A stretch of DNA of 64,000 nucleotides from Marsupella aquatica. Lineage: Eukaryota; Plantae; Marchantiophyta. The notes beneath the pieces are model-generated. The model did no database searches. It was not told the origin of the DNA and saw nothing but the letters and a program-made list of their open reading frames with translations. The translations under genes and the position numbers were made by a program. Of the stretch, positions 1-13,450 are shown piece by piece (within the stretch, counting starts at the first letter, position 1; each line of letters begins with the position of its first letter). The DNA is taken from positions 12,120,834 through 12,184,833 of the forward strand of contig OZ316899.1 of the NCBI GenBank assembly GCA_973895155.1. The letters run 5' to 3'.

Positions 1-281
1 GCCACTCGTGGATCCGGTTCAAAGCGTGTGAGCGACCGCCTCCAAGAATTTGTTATACGGACCCAAAGGGTCCTCTTACACGCTCGTAACCTGGAAGTAC
101 GAATGGCACTCCGCTGCCATCCCAAACGTAAATGCCCCTTATTAACTAATGATTCTCTAGTCATACATACTACCTATTAGTGTCGTTATGCTAATAACTA
201 CGGCCTACGGTGCCCCTAATGCGCGTGCTAAGCACGGGCTAGGCCAAATCAATCATTAACCGCCGTGTTGGCAGCGTCACA
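1..281 (-). mobile_element. Diverged 5' end of a giant-LTR family copy in inverted orientation, running off the window edge
   Basis: Ends ...CCGCCGTGTTGGCAGCGTCACA and is colinear with 49110-49392 (TGTCGTTATGCTAATAA, GCGCGTGC, CATTAACCGCC), the reverse complement of the LTR start at 44374/59336. Confidence 0.8.
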
Positions 282-496
282 CTATGGATAAGAAGTTAAA
301 TTTTATAAATTTATTGATCTAAGAGTTTATTGGAGAATCATTTTAGGATTTTGGAAACACATATCGTATAGAAATTGTTTTAAGATTTTGAACACCACAA
401 AACTGGAGTAAATTGCTTTCCTTATAACCTACGGGACCAAATCTTGGTTGATATGAGCAAGATCACACACAATTGGTGTTGTTCTACTTACCACAG

Positions 497-1618
497 GTGT
501 ACATGCCGAAAGAAAGCAATGGGGTGAGATACTTGGTTTTGGCGAGAGAAGACTTGTCTTCTTACGTTGAAGGGAGAGCTTTGGTTACCAATATGACCGC
601 TGCTGTTTGCCAATTCATTTTGGAGGATATCATTGCGAGACATGGGTATTTTATGAGGATGAGAGCCGATAGGGGGGAGCTAAGCTCCAAGGAAGCTCAA
701 GAGTTTTTTGACCAATACCGAATCAAGTTGAAGCTTACTTCAAGTTACAATCCGAAAGGCAATGGGAAATCTGAAAGAGGTCATATTCAGATCATTAGTG
801 CATTGGCGAAGGCCTGTGATGGGGATCTTGGCAGGTGGTCGAGCCTTCTTCCACTTGCCTTACTGGTTGATCGGATGACTTGCAGTTCTGTTATCGGATA
901 CGTTCCTGCTGAGTTGCTTACTAGACATTTGCCGATGATGCCTCTTGAGGAGGACATTTGTAGTTGACGATTGATTGGATGGAAAGACAAACTTTTGAGA
1001 GAAGAGTTGCTGGCTCGAAGGATCAAGCATTTTGGACTGTTACCTACAAAGATCAAAGTGGCTTGGAAGCAATTGAAAATGGCAAGGCGAAGGAACAAGG
1101 CAAGGTTCTTTTGGACTCATCATTTGAGGTTGGTTTTGGTTAAGGAAGGAGATTGGGTTTTGATTTACGAGAGCAAGTTGGATGAGCAACACTTGAGCCG
1201 AAACAAGTTTGCTCAAAGGTGGCAAGGTCCATATATGGTGGTGATTGTTCACCCGAATGCTACCTATACAATTCGAGAGTTGGATGAGACTATTCACCAA
1301 GTACCTTATGCAGGGAAAAGAGTGAAAATCTTTAAGAGGAGAACTGATAAAGGAATAAACTCAAGTTCCGACTTGAGTGAAAATGAAGATGAGGCGCTGG
1401 TCCAGGCGCATTCAAAGGACTTAGACTCAGGTTTGGACAAAGAGAAGGAAGTTCAGACAGGTTCGAAGGGTTTAAGTTCTAAAGGAAGAAGGAGGAAAAC
1501 TGAAGCAGATTCTGAGTACTTGGGTTTTGAATTTCTTGAAGGAAAAGTGGTCCACGCGCATGAGATAAGTTTGAGTTCTGATTCTGGTTCAGACTTAGAC
1601 AAACTTAGACAAATTTGA
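497..1618 (+). pseudogene. Gypsy integrase C-terminal part (rve core plus GPY motif) with in-frame stop
   Basis: REDLSSYVEGRAL, ADRGE, YNPKGNGKSERGH, RWQGPY; stop at 965-967 with the frame continuing. Confidence 0.9.
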
Positions 1619-1664
1619 GTAAAGTGGAGCAGACCGGAGGCTGCTCAGGTTTATTGGGGGAGAA

Positions 1665-2469
1665 TGTCGCGACGAACCATTTTGGTACCAAGACCAGGGA
1701 TGAGGAAGTTGATTGGTGTTCCATATTCAGTGAGTTGCGATTGCTGTGGAGTCAAATTGTTTTGACTTCAAGCTCGACTCTCAGAGTCGATTGGTGTTCC
1801 ATTTTCAGTGATCTGCAAATGCTGAGGAGTCAAATTGTTTTGACTTCAAGCTCAGATCTGAGTGACAATTGGTGTTTTGTTTCTGATGAGTTTTGGGCAT
1901 ACGGAAGCTAAGGAGTTGGTTGCAATTGGAATGCGAAGGCTGTTGGTTCGTCTTTGGGCAATCAAGAGTCTGGCCATTGAGTTCTGAACCTGCTTGGCGG
2001 TGACTCGTCGGGCGGGGATGCTGCTTCTGAGGTGTATTTGAGGCCTAGGCTTTGGCACAGTCCAGGGGAGTCAATCATTTTATGGAGATTTGGATTGAGG
2101 ATTGAGGTGCTACCAATTGTGAACCAGCGAGCTTGAGAGTTGGATCGTTGGTGATGCAAACTAATAGACTTCGAGTAGGATTGAAGTTCTAAGCTTGAGC
2201 ACTTGAGGAATTGGATTTCGTGGATTTTACAACTTGATAGCCTTTGAGAGGACGATAGCTCGATGGAAGATAGATAGTAGCCCGCCGAAGGGTTAGAGAT
2301 CAGACTTTCATGAGTGACCCACCCAAGGGCACCCATTGTATTGATCACAAGATTTTCAGAAAGTAAAGCGTTTGAGTTTGGGCCCCAAATTGTGTCTATC
2401 ACTTGTCTGGATTGCAGCCAGAAATAGTTTGTTTTCCCGAGGTGACCCTTGCATTCAGTCCATGCGACA
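1665..2469 (+). repeat. 3' LTR (~805 bp)
   Basis: TG...CA termini directly after the PPT; internal ~60-bp duplication at ~1710-1855. Confidence 0.7.
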
Positions 2470-3464
2470 ACGGTGGTTATACCCCTATGAAGCAGGAAAG
2501 TCAACTTGAATCAAAGTTGGAGACTAAAAAACCATAACACAGTGGGGAACTTGTTCCTACGTTGAGGGGCGTGCTCCTTATGTAGTTTTGTAGGAAGTTC
2601 GATTGGCCAAGGGCGGTGGTGCATCAATCATTTGATAGTTTGTGACAATGAGCCATATTAAGCTAGGAAAATTTTGCAGGAGGAAGGAGGAGCGCATGCT
2701 GTGGTGCATCCCATGGCTCCCTAAACCCAAGAAACCCCCCTGCACAAGCCGATTCCCGCAGGTTTCGCTCCCGGCAAGGCCGGTTTCGCGGCTTAGCGGC
2801 ATGGGACGCTACTAACTCTCTACTAACATTTTACACACATATATTGGACAGATTCTTCATCGGGTCATGAGATACATAGTCGGTCTATTCTATGCCTTCC
2901 CTTGTCTTCCTCTTGTGGTCTTCCTTGAGGTATGTTTGGATTCCGCCGTCGGAATGATCCCCAACTGGCTTGGGTAAGCCGCTAAGACCTCTCTCAGCTC
3001 GACACATCCAACTCTTACTACCTTGCTTGCTCCCTTCTCTTGGTTGATGTGGGCAATCTTCAAACAAGTTAATGCAACACACAAATAGCAAACTGACTCC
3101 TTCTGACTGAGTTAACCATGCACTTGCCATACAAACAGTACTTCTCAAACATAAGATCTGCGAACTAAGCCGTGAGGCCAACTCTATTCATCTCTTAGGC
3201 ATGAGGAAACATGAATATACACAAGGGTCACAATATAACTAACCGAGAGCTTCTTTTACTACTTGATCCCAGCCCTGCTAGTGCACTAAAAACTTGCTAA
3301 GGAAGAAGGCGCTGAACTCCCCGCTGCCCAGGTACTATCCTGGCAGTGGATCCGCCTAATTCCTTGCAGCGTAAGCCTAATCTATCCTATCTATAATCTA
3401 CTTATGTACAATGAGGCAGGAGCACAAGTGTTGCTCTTACTAGTGGATCTGCAATCCCACTAAT

Positions 3465-6400
3465 CTAAGTGTCAGGGCCGCCTCTTGGTCCTGATCCTAA
3501 TTCTAAACTTGGAGATCTGAGCCCGCCCTGCCCACTCACGCCTCCTCCCTCCATGTCCGCCCTCCTTAAAAGGAGCGGCCCTCCACCACCATCATGGTAG
3601 CGGTGGCTGATCCTCAATGGACGCCCCCAACGCTTCCTCCGTAGCCACTGCCGTAGGTCCATCTTCTGACAGATTACCTGCCCCAGACCCAGTCAACTCA
3701 CCCGCGGCCTGATTGGGTCCACTCTCGGCTTCGGCCTCGGCATCGGCCACGGCCTCTAATACGGCTACGGCCTCCCCGACATGCTCAAGTGGTGGATCCG
3801 GTACCCCGGCTTCATCATTGAGTATCCTGGCCTTGGCTTTGCCATCCCCGCCTTCTAGGGCAGTTGGATCCTCTGCCGTGACCCTGCCTGAGGTTGGTGC
3901 CGGGTTCTCCTCCGTGGTCACGACTGCTTGAGAAGCCGTGTTACTCCCTGACCCAGAAGGTTTCCGCTTCTTCTTCTTCCCTGGTTCGGCAGCTGGTCCC
4001 TTCCCCTTGCCACTTACCTCTGGCATTGGTGCAAGTGTCATGGCTTGTCCTTCGGCCAATACTACTTCTGGCAACTTGGTTGCTCAATATATATTGGAGT
4101 TGGAACTGATGAAGCCAAGCACTTGAATAGTGCGACCTGTTTCTTTAGCCGCTCTGTTTGGTTGTCGGCCCGCCGCTGTAAGTTCTCCATCTTCCTCGTG
4201 CGTTCTTCCAACTCCTCCTGTGTTTTGTCCAGGTCCTTCCATGCCTCCTCCAGCTCCTTTTGGGCTTCCTCCAATTCCTTCTGGGCTTCCTCCAATTCCT
4301 TCTTTAAAGTAGCCCTCTCCTCCTGGGTTGCTCTTAGCTCCTTGTTGAGCTTTGTTACAACCTCAGACTCCATTTTATTCATCTTGGCAAAAGTCTAATC
4401 GAGCTGGTCATCTTTCTCATGCAGGTCGGCCTTGAACCTGGCCGTCAGGGATGCAAGCTCCTACTACAGCACAATAATCCCTTGATAGGATTTCCCTAAC
4501 TTGGCCTCCTTCTGCTCAAGGGCTCCGTGGATATCCTCGAGCTCCCCCTTCAACGCCCTCTCCCTCCTCTGGGTCTTCACCATGGCCCGATTGTTGGTTG
4601 CTATGTGGGCCTCCTCTGCATCCCTTAGTTCTCGCTTCCACTTCTCCCTTTCCTTGACCGCATCGGCCAACTCCCCTTGGGTCCGAGTCAGTTTATCCTT
4701 GATAATATGATTATCAAACTGAGCGGTATCTAGTTGCCCTTGCATGATGTTTAGCTCATGCCGCTTAATCCGTAGCTCATCTTGGGCTTTCTTGGCCGCC
4801 TTCAGGTCCTCTGCCTTGGCTACCTTCTCCCTAAGCCGTCGGATGACCTCGTCCTTCTTTCTTCTCTCCAAAGCCACCGCTTCTTCCAATTGGCATTTCT
4901 CCAACATCTCCCTCTGGAAAAAGGGTCCCTGCTCCAACTCCTCCCCAAAGATGTTGAGCGCAAGTTCCCCACACATCTCCCCGTACTCCATGGCTCTTTC
5001 TTTAGCATAGGTGGAGTAAGTAGAAGTCATCGGCATCAACCACCGCGGCCTTTGTTCCCAAGCCGCCTTCCGTATTTCTTCTATCGTGGCTGGAGGGCTG
5101 CCCCATCTTTCTACAAGCCGCCGGATGTCCTCTGGCCATTCTCCCCCAAGTAAATCCTTCTCCCTAGCTAGGGCTGCCTCCTCTTCTTCCCTGAGTCGCT
5201 CCTGAAACTCCTGTGCCGTCTGTTTTATTCCATGAAAGCTCAGGGGAGTGACATCTGGTGGGGGAGACTCGGGGCTATTCTACTAGGTGGGGTCCCCTTG
5301 AACTACTCTTGGAAGCGTGGGGATGAAGCGGCCACAGGTCCTTACTCCCGGGACATGATGGTCCAACCCGTAGCCGAAGTCATCATTGTTGTAGTCCTCC
5401 ACCACCTCCTCCCCAACTTGGACTACCGACTCCCCTCGCTGCTCTCATGGTCTTGCTGTGAACACGGCCTCCTGCCGATCATAGCTCCCAGGTCCTAGTT
5501 CCTCCTCCGGCTTCTAGGCTGTCTTCTCCCTCTGTTTCCCGTGAACAGGAGCCTTAGGCTGCCTTCCCTCGGCTTTGGGACTCGAGGCTCCTACATACAT
5601 TTGAACCCCCGACTTGTGTTCCGGCCTCCTTCTTTCCTTGGCTCCGATAAAGGGGTTTTCCCTCATGAGTTGGCTTAGGCCGACCTTTGAGGTAGTGTCC
5701 TGTACTTGTGCCGTTGGCGTTGGCATTGCCGTCCTCTTTTCCTTCTCCAGCAATTTCAGCAGATTCAGCATGTCTGGTTGCTACATCGGCGAGTCTTCCA
5801 TCCTTGGCCTAAACACCTGCTCGATTGTCGGACTGTCGGACTGGTTGGGCTTCTCTACTGCCGGCCTCTGTTCCCAAACCTCCTCTGGTGCCCTTGCCTG
5901 CAAGGGAAGTACCGGGGCAAAGTACCGGGGCAAAGATCTGACTTCGGGCATACCGGCACAACAACGGCATGTGATAGCCAAGCCGGGACACGCTTCCCTT
6001 GCCGATCACCTGCTGTTCCTCCTTCAAGATCTTCTTAACTTGGGTGAGGAGGTACCCGTTGTAGTCCCGGCTTGGGTCTGGTCTCTCCGCTAGGTAGACC
6101 TGTGCCTTGCCAATCTTTGGCCTCGGCAAGTTGCAGTGCATGGTTACTGCAAGACATCGATGATCTCTCCTATGTGCGGGTTGGTGCAGGTGTTCTGAAA
6201 GAAGCCATTCTTCGTTGATGGCCCTGGGAACAATTGGAACTCTTTGTCTGGCAAGGTCTTCCGGGTATCTACTTTGGTCTTATTGCCCATCCGCAAGCCA
6301 AACACTTCGGCAATCACCCGGGGAGTGAGATAGAAATCCTTCCCATACACCCTTGTGGAATTGGTCTCAGGTCCCCATGATCCCACAAATTCTAATAAGT

Positions 6401-7085
6401 CTGAATCCGGCACCTCCAACTTCATCCATGGTAATTTCACGAAAGCTTCCAAGCCGGATCCGGCCATGAAGCCTTGGTAGTTCCGAGTCTGCATAGCCGT
6501 AAAGCATGCATCCTCTTCACGTGCAAAGTGTAATTGCACTTCCTCGGGGAGGGTCGCCGCCCAGCCTTTCCAGGTGTCATCCCTTGTTGAAACGGCATTG
6601 ATGGGGTCGACCTCCTCTTCTTCGGCTTCTCCCTGCCTCTTGCTCCCTTGCTCGGCTGGCTTCATTGGTGCCGCCGATCTCGTTCGCTTTGCAGGGGTGG
6701 TCTCTTTGTTGTTGTTCCCTTTCCTCTTCATAGCTGCCGCCGTGGATGTTTCTCCAAGGACGGTTGCCTTCGTCCACCCCTCTGTGCTACCCTTCAACTC
6801 CCAGTGTATGTCATTGTAGTGGTTGATGGCTTCCTGGATGCCGACTATTCTGTTCTTGCAAAACAGAAGGTCGTCTAGCTCGTCGCCAATAGGTGTCCAC
6901 AAGAATTTAGTCATGATGAGTTCTCCTCCTAAGAAGGCAGACTTCTGTAGCTCCCACAGTCAAGCGAGCTCCTGTCGTTCTCAAGCTGCTCTTTTTGATT
7001 CTTTGTCCTTGTAGGTCCCAATGTACTCAGTTGCCCGTTCTAATAGGCATCCCCAAAAATGAGTAGCTTGATTGACGTTGCTCAT
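3465..7085 (-). pseudogene. Decayed retroelement accessory ORF (plant-transposon-protein/ATHILA ORF1-like domain plus coiled coil), homologue of the LTR-encoded protein at 46289-48925
   Basis: GLEAFVKLPW..LLEFVGSW...VYGKDFYLTPRVIAEVFGL..FP..KNGF..C aligns with GFEHLASLPW..MMEFVRNY...LRGRSMSLTEERLRMIFGL..FP..DNGF..C; coiled coil at 4062-5039; KKKKRK NLS-like motif; stops and frameshifts. Confidence 0.7.
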
Positions 7086-8804
7086 ACCCTTCTTTGAATT
7101 GATAGTCGGTATCTACTCCCACCCCGAGTGCTTGCCTAAGCAGCTGACAGTAGTTGGCTTCATGTAGTTGTTTGCTTAGTTCGTGCTTGCAAATGAGCCA
7201 TCATTCCTTGGAATCGGTCCTTACCCCCCTCCTGCCTGGTCTTGCTTCCTGTTAGTTACCCATAGCCGCCGGTACTTAGCGCACCCTAACCCTAATTGTG
7301 TTCCCTCCCCTGACGTCCTTACTTCCGGCCTCGGCTTGGGTTCCATAGTTACCCTCAATTGTTTATATTTTCCTTGTTTTTGTTACTACACTAATGTGTT
7401 TCCAGGGTACACTCCTGATTTTTACCATTTAAACTGGCCTAGTGATTCCTGGCTAGGCATCACACATGCTCTCCTTTACATTCAACAAGATGAAGGGGCA
7501 GCTATAGGGTAGGGCAGGAGATTCTCTTTGTTTGTTGAATCCCTCCGTGCTTTGGAGTCTGAGGATGGGATCGAGGATTAGAGTTGTGGTGAGAAGAGAG
7601 TAGAAAACTCGCTTAGTCTAGAGAGAATTTAGAGCCTTAGGAACAAGAGTACAACATGTCCACAAAGCAATATAGAGTAGTTAGAGGTCGCTTGTGGGTC
7701 TTACAAGAAATCACTTTGCCATATTATAATTATATGACAAAGAAGACTGAGCGGTGACTGTGGGCGTCAAGTTCCTCACGTTGCGCTTTGCTAGTTAGCG
7801 GAATTGGAATGATCTCTCTACGGTTTCATGTACTTTGCAACCCGGTACGGGCTGCCAAAAAGTTGCGTGTCCTCAAATAGCAAATTGCATCATTGTAAGG
7901 GCAGAGGATCTCATCAGGAATTGCAAAATGAATAATTGCGATATGCAATGCAACTTTAAAACTAAGGTAGGGAGAGAAAATGGTGAGGCTTTCCCTCCAA
8001 GCCTTTTATTACAATAACCTTTGTTGACTACTCAAAATGTTTTGTTTTAACACTACTACATATTGGCCCCTTTTGCGAAGCTTTTTTTTACGCCGGGATG
8101 GTCTTGCGATGTCATCGACTTCAGATATTTTGTGATCAAACACGCATCACAATAAACCATGCTCAAAGGTTCGCAACATAGTGTTGCGAAGCTAAATACC
8201 TCGCAATTTGTTTGAGATCAGATTGAATTCGCAACTCTTTCAGATACTATTCGTCTCGCAAAGTATTTGTGGATCCGCGACCATCACGACTGCATTTGGA
8301 TCTCTTTTGTTTCATAATTTAGCGATAATAATGTACTCAAATATATCTTGTGAACCTATTAGCTTCGCACAATATTGTGAAGTATAAATAGTCGTAAGTT
8401 ACCGAAGCCAGTTGATTCGCAAAGTTGAGAACCCATTGGCATCACAATTACCGATGGTGTGTTATTCACAAAGTGTTCAGAAGTTGCTTCTTGACAAGCT
8501 TGAAAATGTTTTGCAAAGAGAGTTGTTTGAAAATTTTGTAGAATGGAAATGTTTGAGAGAGTTTCTTTACAAGATGGAGAATGCATGTGTTTAGGTTACA
8601 GCTAGGGTTTTCAAAAAGGTGGCATGCATGAGGATAGCTTTGGAAACGGCTAGGGTTGCATATATAACAATGAGATGAAATTTCAAAGTCCAATTAAGTG
8701 TTTGTAAAACAAAAGAAGAAAATTAATATGTTAATATAAATAAAACCATGATAGTTAGTTTAGGGTCAAATTTTGGGCCCACAACAAGTTTTACTACTAG
8801 TGCA

Positions 8805-11800
8805 TCAAACCTGGTCCTCATCCTCTCCTCCATTTGACACAATAATAACGTCAGGTTTTTCCGAGATAATGGAACGGGACCGTGGCACATACGGTATAAC
8901 AACTGACCACTCTGGGTCTGGTGGGTACGAAATATAGAAACACTGCTCAAGGTGACTTGGGAATGTAAATGGTTCAGATGTTTGCCAATGAGATGGTTGA
9001 AAGCTAGTTGCTGATGTCTTCAGTCGAGTAAACCCACACTCATCAAGAAGTACCGTGCGATTATCACCAATCAGGTGAATTTTGAACCACTTACACTTGA
9101 AGACATACTCTTCAAATTTGGAATTGGCATCATAGGATATGATCAAGATCTCCTCAATCTTCCCATAGTGAGGCACCACATCTCTGATCACATTAGTGTC
9201 ATGATGGCTACTTTGTGAATCTTGCATGAATTGCCCTTGAACTCCACAATCAAAAGTTCTTCCCCTCTTCTCATCAAGGTCAGAAATCCTGAAATGCCTC
9301 CCTTGTGTCCACATTGCTGTTCTGGTCTGAACAAGTCTTAAAGGACCATGAACAATTGTTCGAACCTCAGGAGTCATATCTGGAAAATGTGATACATTCT
9401 CACCTTGGGCCACCATAGCATCCAACTGAAGTACTTTCTCCTTCATATACTCAAGGAACTTTGGAAAGATCCTTGGGCGACGACTCTCCCTCTCCTGCAT
9501 CCTCATAAAACTCTCTCCAATCTTCCATCACATTGCTGTTACTCAACATGAAAGTACTAACCTGTGTCAACTCCACTACGGTTAGTAAGCGTGTTTTTTT
9601 GGCACCTGTTAAACGGTCCTCCTTCACTTCCCTCTCTTCCATCCAAGTGCGTGGACAACTAGGATCAATGGTAGCTAAGATGTTACTACAATAAAACATA
9701 CTCTCAGCTGCCAAGTATCCAGTTGCCATGCTCCCCTCCACTCGTGCATGGTTCCGTACATAAGCCTTTAACACGGCCATATACCTTTCCAGCCAATACA
9801 TCCACCTACAATGCACCGGACCGGCAATGGCAACCTCCCTCACAAGATGAACGAGAAGATGCACCTGACAATCAAAGAAGGAAGGAGGGAGGGCCTTCTC
9901 CAACTTGCATACCACCTCTGCTGCCAATACCTCCATCCGTGGTATCTCTTCTTCATATATTTCCTTTGAGCATATCCATCTCAACAAAGTGCCCAATGAC
10001 CAAAAGGCGTCTTGCACTTCTTCACTCCCCAAACCTATGATTGCCACAGGAAGTATATGTTGTAGTAAACGATGATAGTCATGTGTCTTGAGATACATTG
10101 GCCATTTATGACTGTCCTCCATCCCAAAAGCCTTACGTAGATTGGCACCATAGCCTGTAGGAAACCGCATCTGCCCTATGCGTTGTCGAAACTCTCTTCT
10201 TTCACCAACACTCAAAACCCATGGAGCTGAAGGACGATGTTCCATCCCTGTGGATTCATCAACTGTTATCCATACATCTGGATGTCGTTCTAGATCCTGG
10301 CATGCCTCCCTAAAATTAATGTTCTTTTCCCCATAAAAGTGCTTGATCAAAGCCTTCCCAACATTTCTTGGAACCCATTCTGCCAAGTCAAAACATTGGT
10401 ACATGTGCAACAATCGAGGAATAATAGGAAACCAACGAACAGCTTTTCTAGGCACCTTTGAGGTCAACATGTTGGTTTCATATCGAGGCTCTTGACAAAT
10501 TGGACACTCAGTTGCGCTGGCATTGGTCTCATGATAGAGAATGCAGTCATTCACACAAGCATGAATGATATGGTATTCCATGCCAATGGATGATAGAACC
10601 CTCTTTGCCTCCTTCCAAGTTCCTGGCAACACATTTTCACTGGGTAACAAGAGATCATGGCAAATTGCAAACAAATCCGATAGTAGCGCATTGCTTGGCT
10701 TGTGTTTTGCCTGAAGATTCATCAATGCCAAGATGGCAGATAGTCTATTCACATGAGCACCCCCATAAATAGGTGTTCTAGCATGTGCCTCAGCTTCTTC
10801 CCATTGTTTTTGTCCTTCAGGTGTACGTTGAGGCCTTGGATCATGTGCAACATTTGGTGGAGGATCTCCTTCATTGGGTGGGACACCTCCTTCACCACCA
10901 ATGTCTACACCAAACCAATCTGTCATGAAGTCATCCATGGCTGACTCTTGGTCTTGCATGACCTCATAATCTGTCCGAGGTGCCCCTTCATCTGGACTGT
11001 CATTATCATTGTCACTTGATGAGGAATTTGTTGATGATGTTTCCCCGTCTTGTGGCAAGCCCATTTCTTGATATGTAGCTCTCAACCTCCTTGGCAACAT
11101 ATCTTGACTAGGCCGCACATTCTATAGACAATACAATAAAGCATTCACAATGAAATTAACTCCAAATATAGTAGTGCTCGAAACATATTATTAACAATAT
11201 AAAAAGAACATATCATTACAAAACATACGTTCACATACGATGAACGTATAATACATGTCCCTAAAGTAATCCTAATCCCATTCATAATGTGTAAACAACT
11301 CCTCTCCAGCCAGAATGGTCCTATTAGCTACAACTAGACAATGGTCATGATGATATCTCTGCCCATAAGGGGCTGGAGGGGGACCATCAACAAAAACCCA
11401 TTCACAGTTTTTCCTACGCTTAGGCCGGGTCCCCACAGTACTGTTGATGAAACAGGCAATATTCCCACTACGGATGGGATCACCATCAATTATACGCTGG
11501 TCACAATACTTTCTGGTGCAACCATCAAAAGTAGCCATGTCCAATGCATAAGTCTTCCACTCAGGGTGTTGTACAAGGATCATGTTCCAATGTCTCCTCT
11601 TGTAAATGGGTCCACCATACGGGAACAACATTGGTCCATCCGAAGAGCGCCCTTTTCCACCCATATCATCCACAATAATGTCCTGACAAGAGAAAATCCC
11701 ATACCCATGCCTCTCCCCTAGGGTTGAACTCTTGACAACCCAACGTCTTCCCCAAACTTCTATCTCCTCACCATAGGTTATATCACATGGCAAACCAAGG

Positions 11801-12431
11801 CACTCCGGATTCCAATCCTTTATGATAGGAACACACTTCCCTGTGAAGGTACAAGGGCCCCATCTACCATCAACCCTACAAGTGTACTGATCCACTTCCC
11901 CTCTAGGCTGTCTTTTTTACTTTTTCCCCTCTTGTAACAATACCGTCACCCTGAATTGTCCCAACACTACCTTGCCTTGCTGCCACTAAACAAAAATCTT
12001 GTGAAAGTGCCAAGCCTATAGCATCTAGAACTCCTTGTGAGGGAACATAGGGTGTTGGTGTCGTGGGTGTAGGCCTACTGGATACCTATAGGAAGAAATG
12101 GAACCAAGTGAGTGTGATGAACCTCCCAAATTTTATTTTATGCTACCTAGCAAGATTTACAAAATAAAATGGAAATCATAGTAAGTTTACAACTCACCAT
12201 ACGGGATGAAGAAGCTCCCGGTGTAAGACCTCGATGTTGGCCATATCGAGCAATGTGCTCCGCACATACATATGACGTTTGGACAACCATCCCCACACAT
12301 TTTTTACAACCACAAATTTGGCGTGGTGGACCACTAGGTCGACGTACGGTTGGTTCAGGCTGAGGAGGAGGACAACTTTCTTCATCGGAAGAGGAATCTG
12401 ATGTGGTGGAAGTTGTAGAGGATGAAGACAT
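8805..12431 (-). pseudogene. CACTA TnpD-type transposase with internal deletion and frameshift
   Basis: Exon 12431-12198 holds the transposase-associated CxCxxC..H domain; phase-0 GT-AG intron 12197-11122; HACVNDCILY..CPIC..PRY; DUF4218-like LKTHDYH..PPSFFD..HL..GPVHCRWMY..ER; DUF4216-like FKCKWF; the catalytic core appears to be missing at ~10380; frameshift at ~9480. Confidence 0.9.
11272..11895 (-). CDS. SET-domain protein (lysine methyltransferase-like) inside the transposase intron
   Basis: SET motifs in order: VKSS..HGYGIF, PYGG, YALDM, IDG..GNIACFINST, VVANRTILAGEELFTHY; no post-SET cysteines. Confidence 0.85.
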   Translation of the reverse strand: MDQYTCRVDGRWGPCTFTGKCVPIIKDWNPECLGLPCDITYGEEIEVWGRRWVVKSSTLGERHGYGIFSCQDIIVDDMGGKGRSSDGPMLFPYGGPIYKRRHWNMILVQHPEWKTYALDMATFDGCTRKYCDQRIIDGDPIRSGNIACFINSTVGTRPKRRKNCEWVFVDGPPPAPYGQRYHHDHCLVVANRTILAGEELFTHYEWD

Positions 12432-12865
12432 CTGACAAGTATAGCAATTGGAAGACGATTAGTAAAAACTTCACCAAAACCATCATTGATAATCCCTACC
12501 TAAACATATTAAAAAGAATTGACAGAAAAATACCTTTATGAGACCCGGGCTTAGCAATGCCTTGACGGATCTTGTGGCTCAAATTTCATGAACCAAATCT
12601 GGAAGAAGGAGGGGAAAATCTGCCAATATACAATGAATTAAGCCATGCCTTATGGTGAACCAGAAAAAAAGGATGATAGATTGTAACCCTCCATATTTAC
12701 AGCAATGACTAGAAATGCATGAGAAAATGTTATACCTTTCAGATGCCCGGGCTCTCGCAAGGCATTATCATGCATTAGCCAAAACTTTAAAAAACATGGG
12801 GAAGTGCCCTACAACGCCAAAGAGTTTTCCACTCCATGTTAATGAGATAGAGAAAGAAATATAAG

Positions 12866-13450
12866 TAACCCAAACCCTACCCTAAACCCAAACCATGAAA
12901 TGAAACCTTCATTAAAACCTAACCCAAATCCCTCAATCACCCTAAACCCTTACCCTCACCCTAACCAATACCCAAATCCCTCATTAAAAATTCAAACCTT
13001 TACCCTAAACCCAAACCCCTACCCTAAACCCAAACCCAAACCATGAAATGAAACCCTTCATTAAAACCTAACCCAAATCCCTCAATCACCCTAAACCCTT
13101 ACCCTTATCCTAACCAATCCCTCATTAAAAATTCAAACCTTTACCCTAAACCCAAACCCCTACCCTAAACCCAAACCATGAAATGAAACCCTTCATTAAA
13201 ACCTAACCCAAATCCCTCAATCACCCTAAACCCTTACCCTTATCCTAACCAATACCCAAATCCCTCATTAAAAATTCAAACCTTTACCCTAAACCCAAAC
13301 CCCTACCCTAAACCCAAACCATGAAATGAAACCCTTCATTAAAACCTAACCCAAATCCCTCAAGCACCCTAAACCCTTACCCTTATCCTAACCAATACCC
13401 AAATCCCTCATTAAAAATTCAAACCTTTACCCTAAACCCAACCCAAATCC
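12866..13450 (+). repeat. About 4 tandem copies of a ~140-bp unit rich in telomere-like CCCTAAA/AAACCC motifs
   Basis: CCATGAAATGAAACC recurs at ~12893, 13041, 13176 and 13319; degenerate A/C-rich sequence continues to ~14090. Confidence 0.9.

Larger units (their letters stand above)
497..2469 (+). mobile_element. 5'-truncated Ty3/gypsy LTR retrotransposon (integrase, PPT, 3' LTR)
   Basis: Integrase ORFs, PPT TTATTGGGGGAGAA at ~1651-1664, LTR TGTCGCG...GCGACA at 1665-2469; homologous to the element at 35389-39959. Confidence 0.85.

Noticed and set aside
4062-5039. Host myosin/SMC-like coiled-coil gene
   Set aside because: It is the decayed C-terminal part of the TE accessory ORF at 3465-7085
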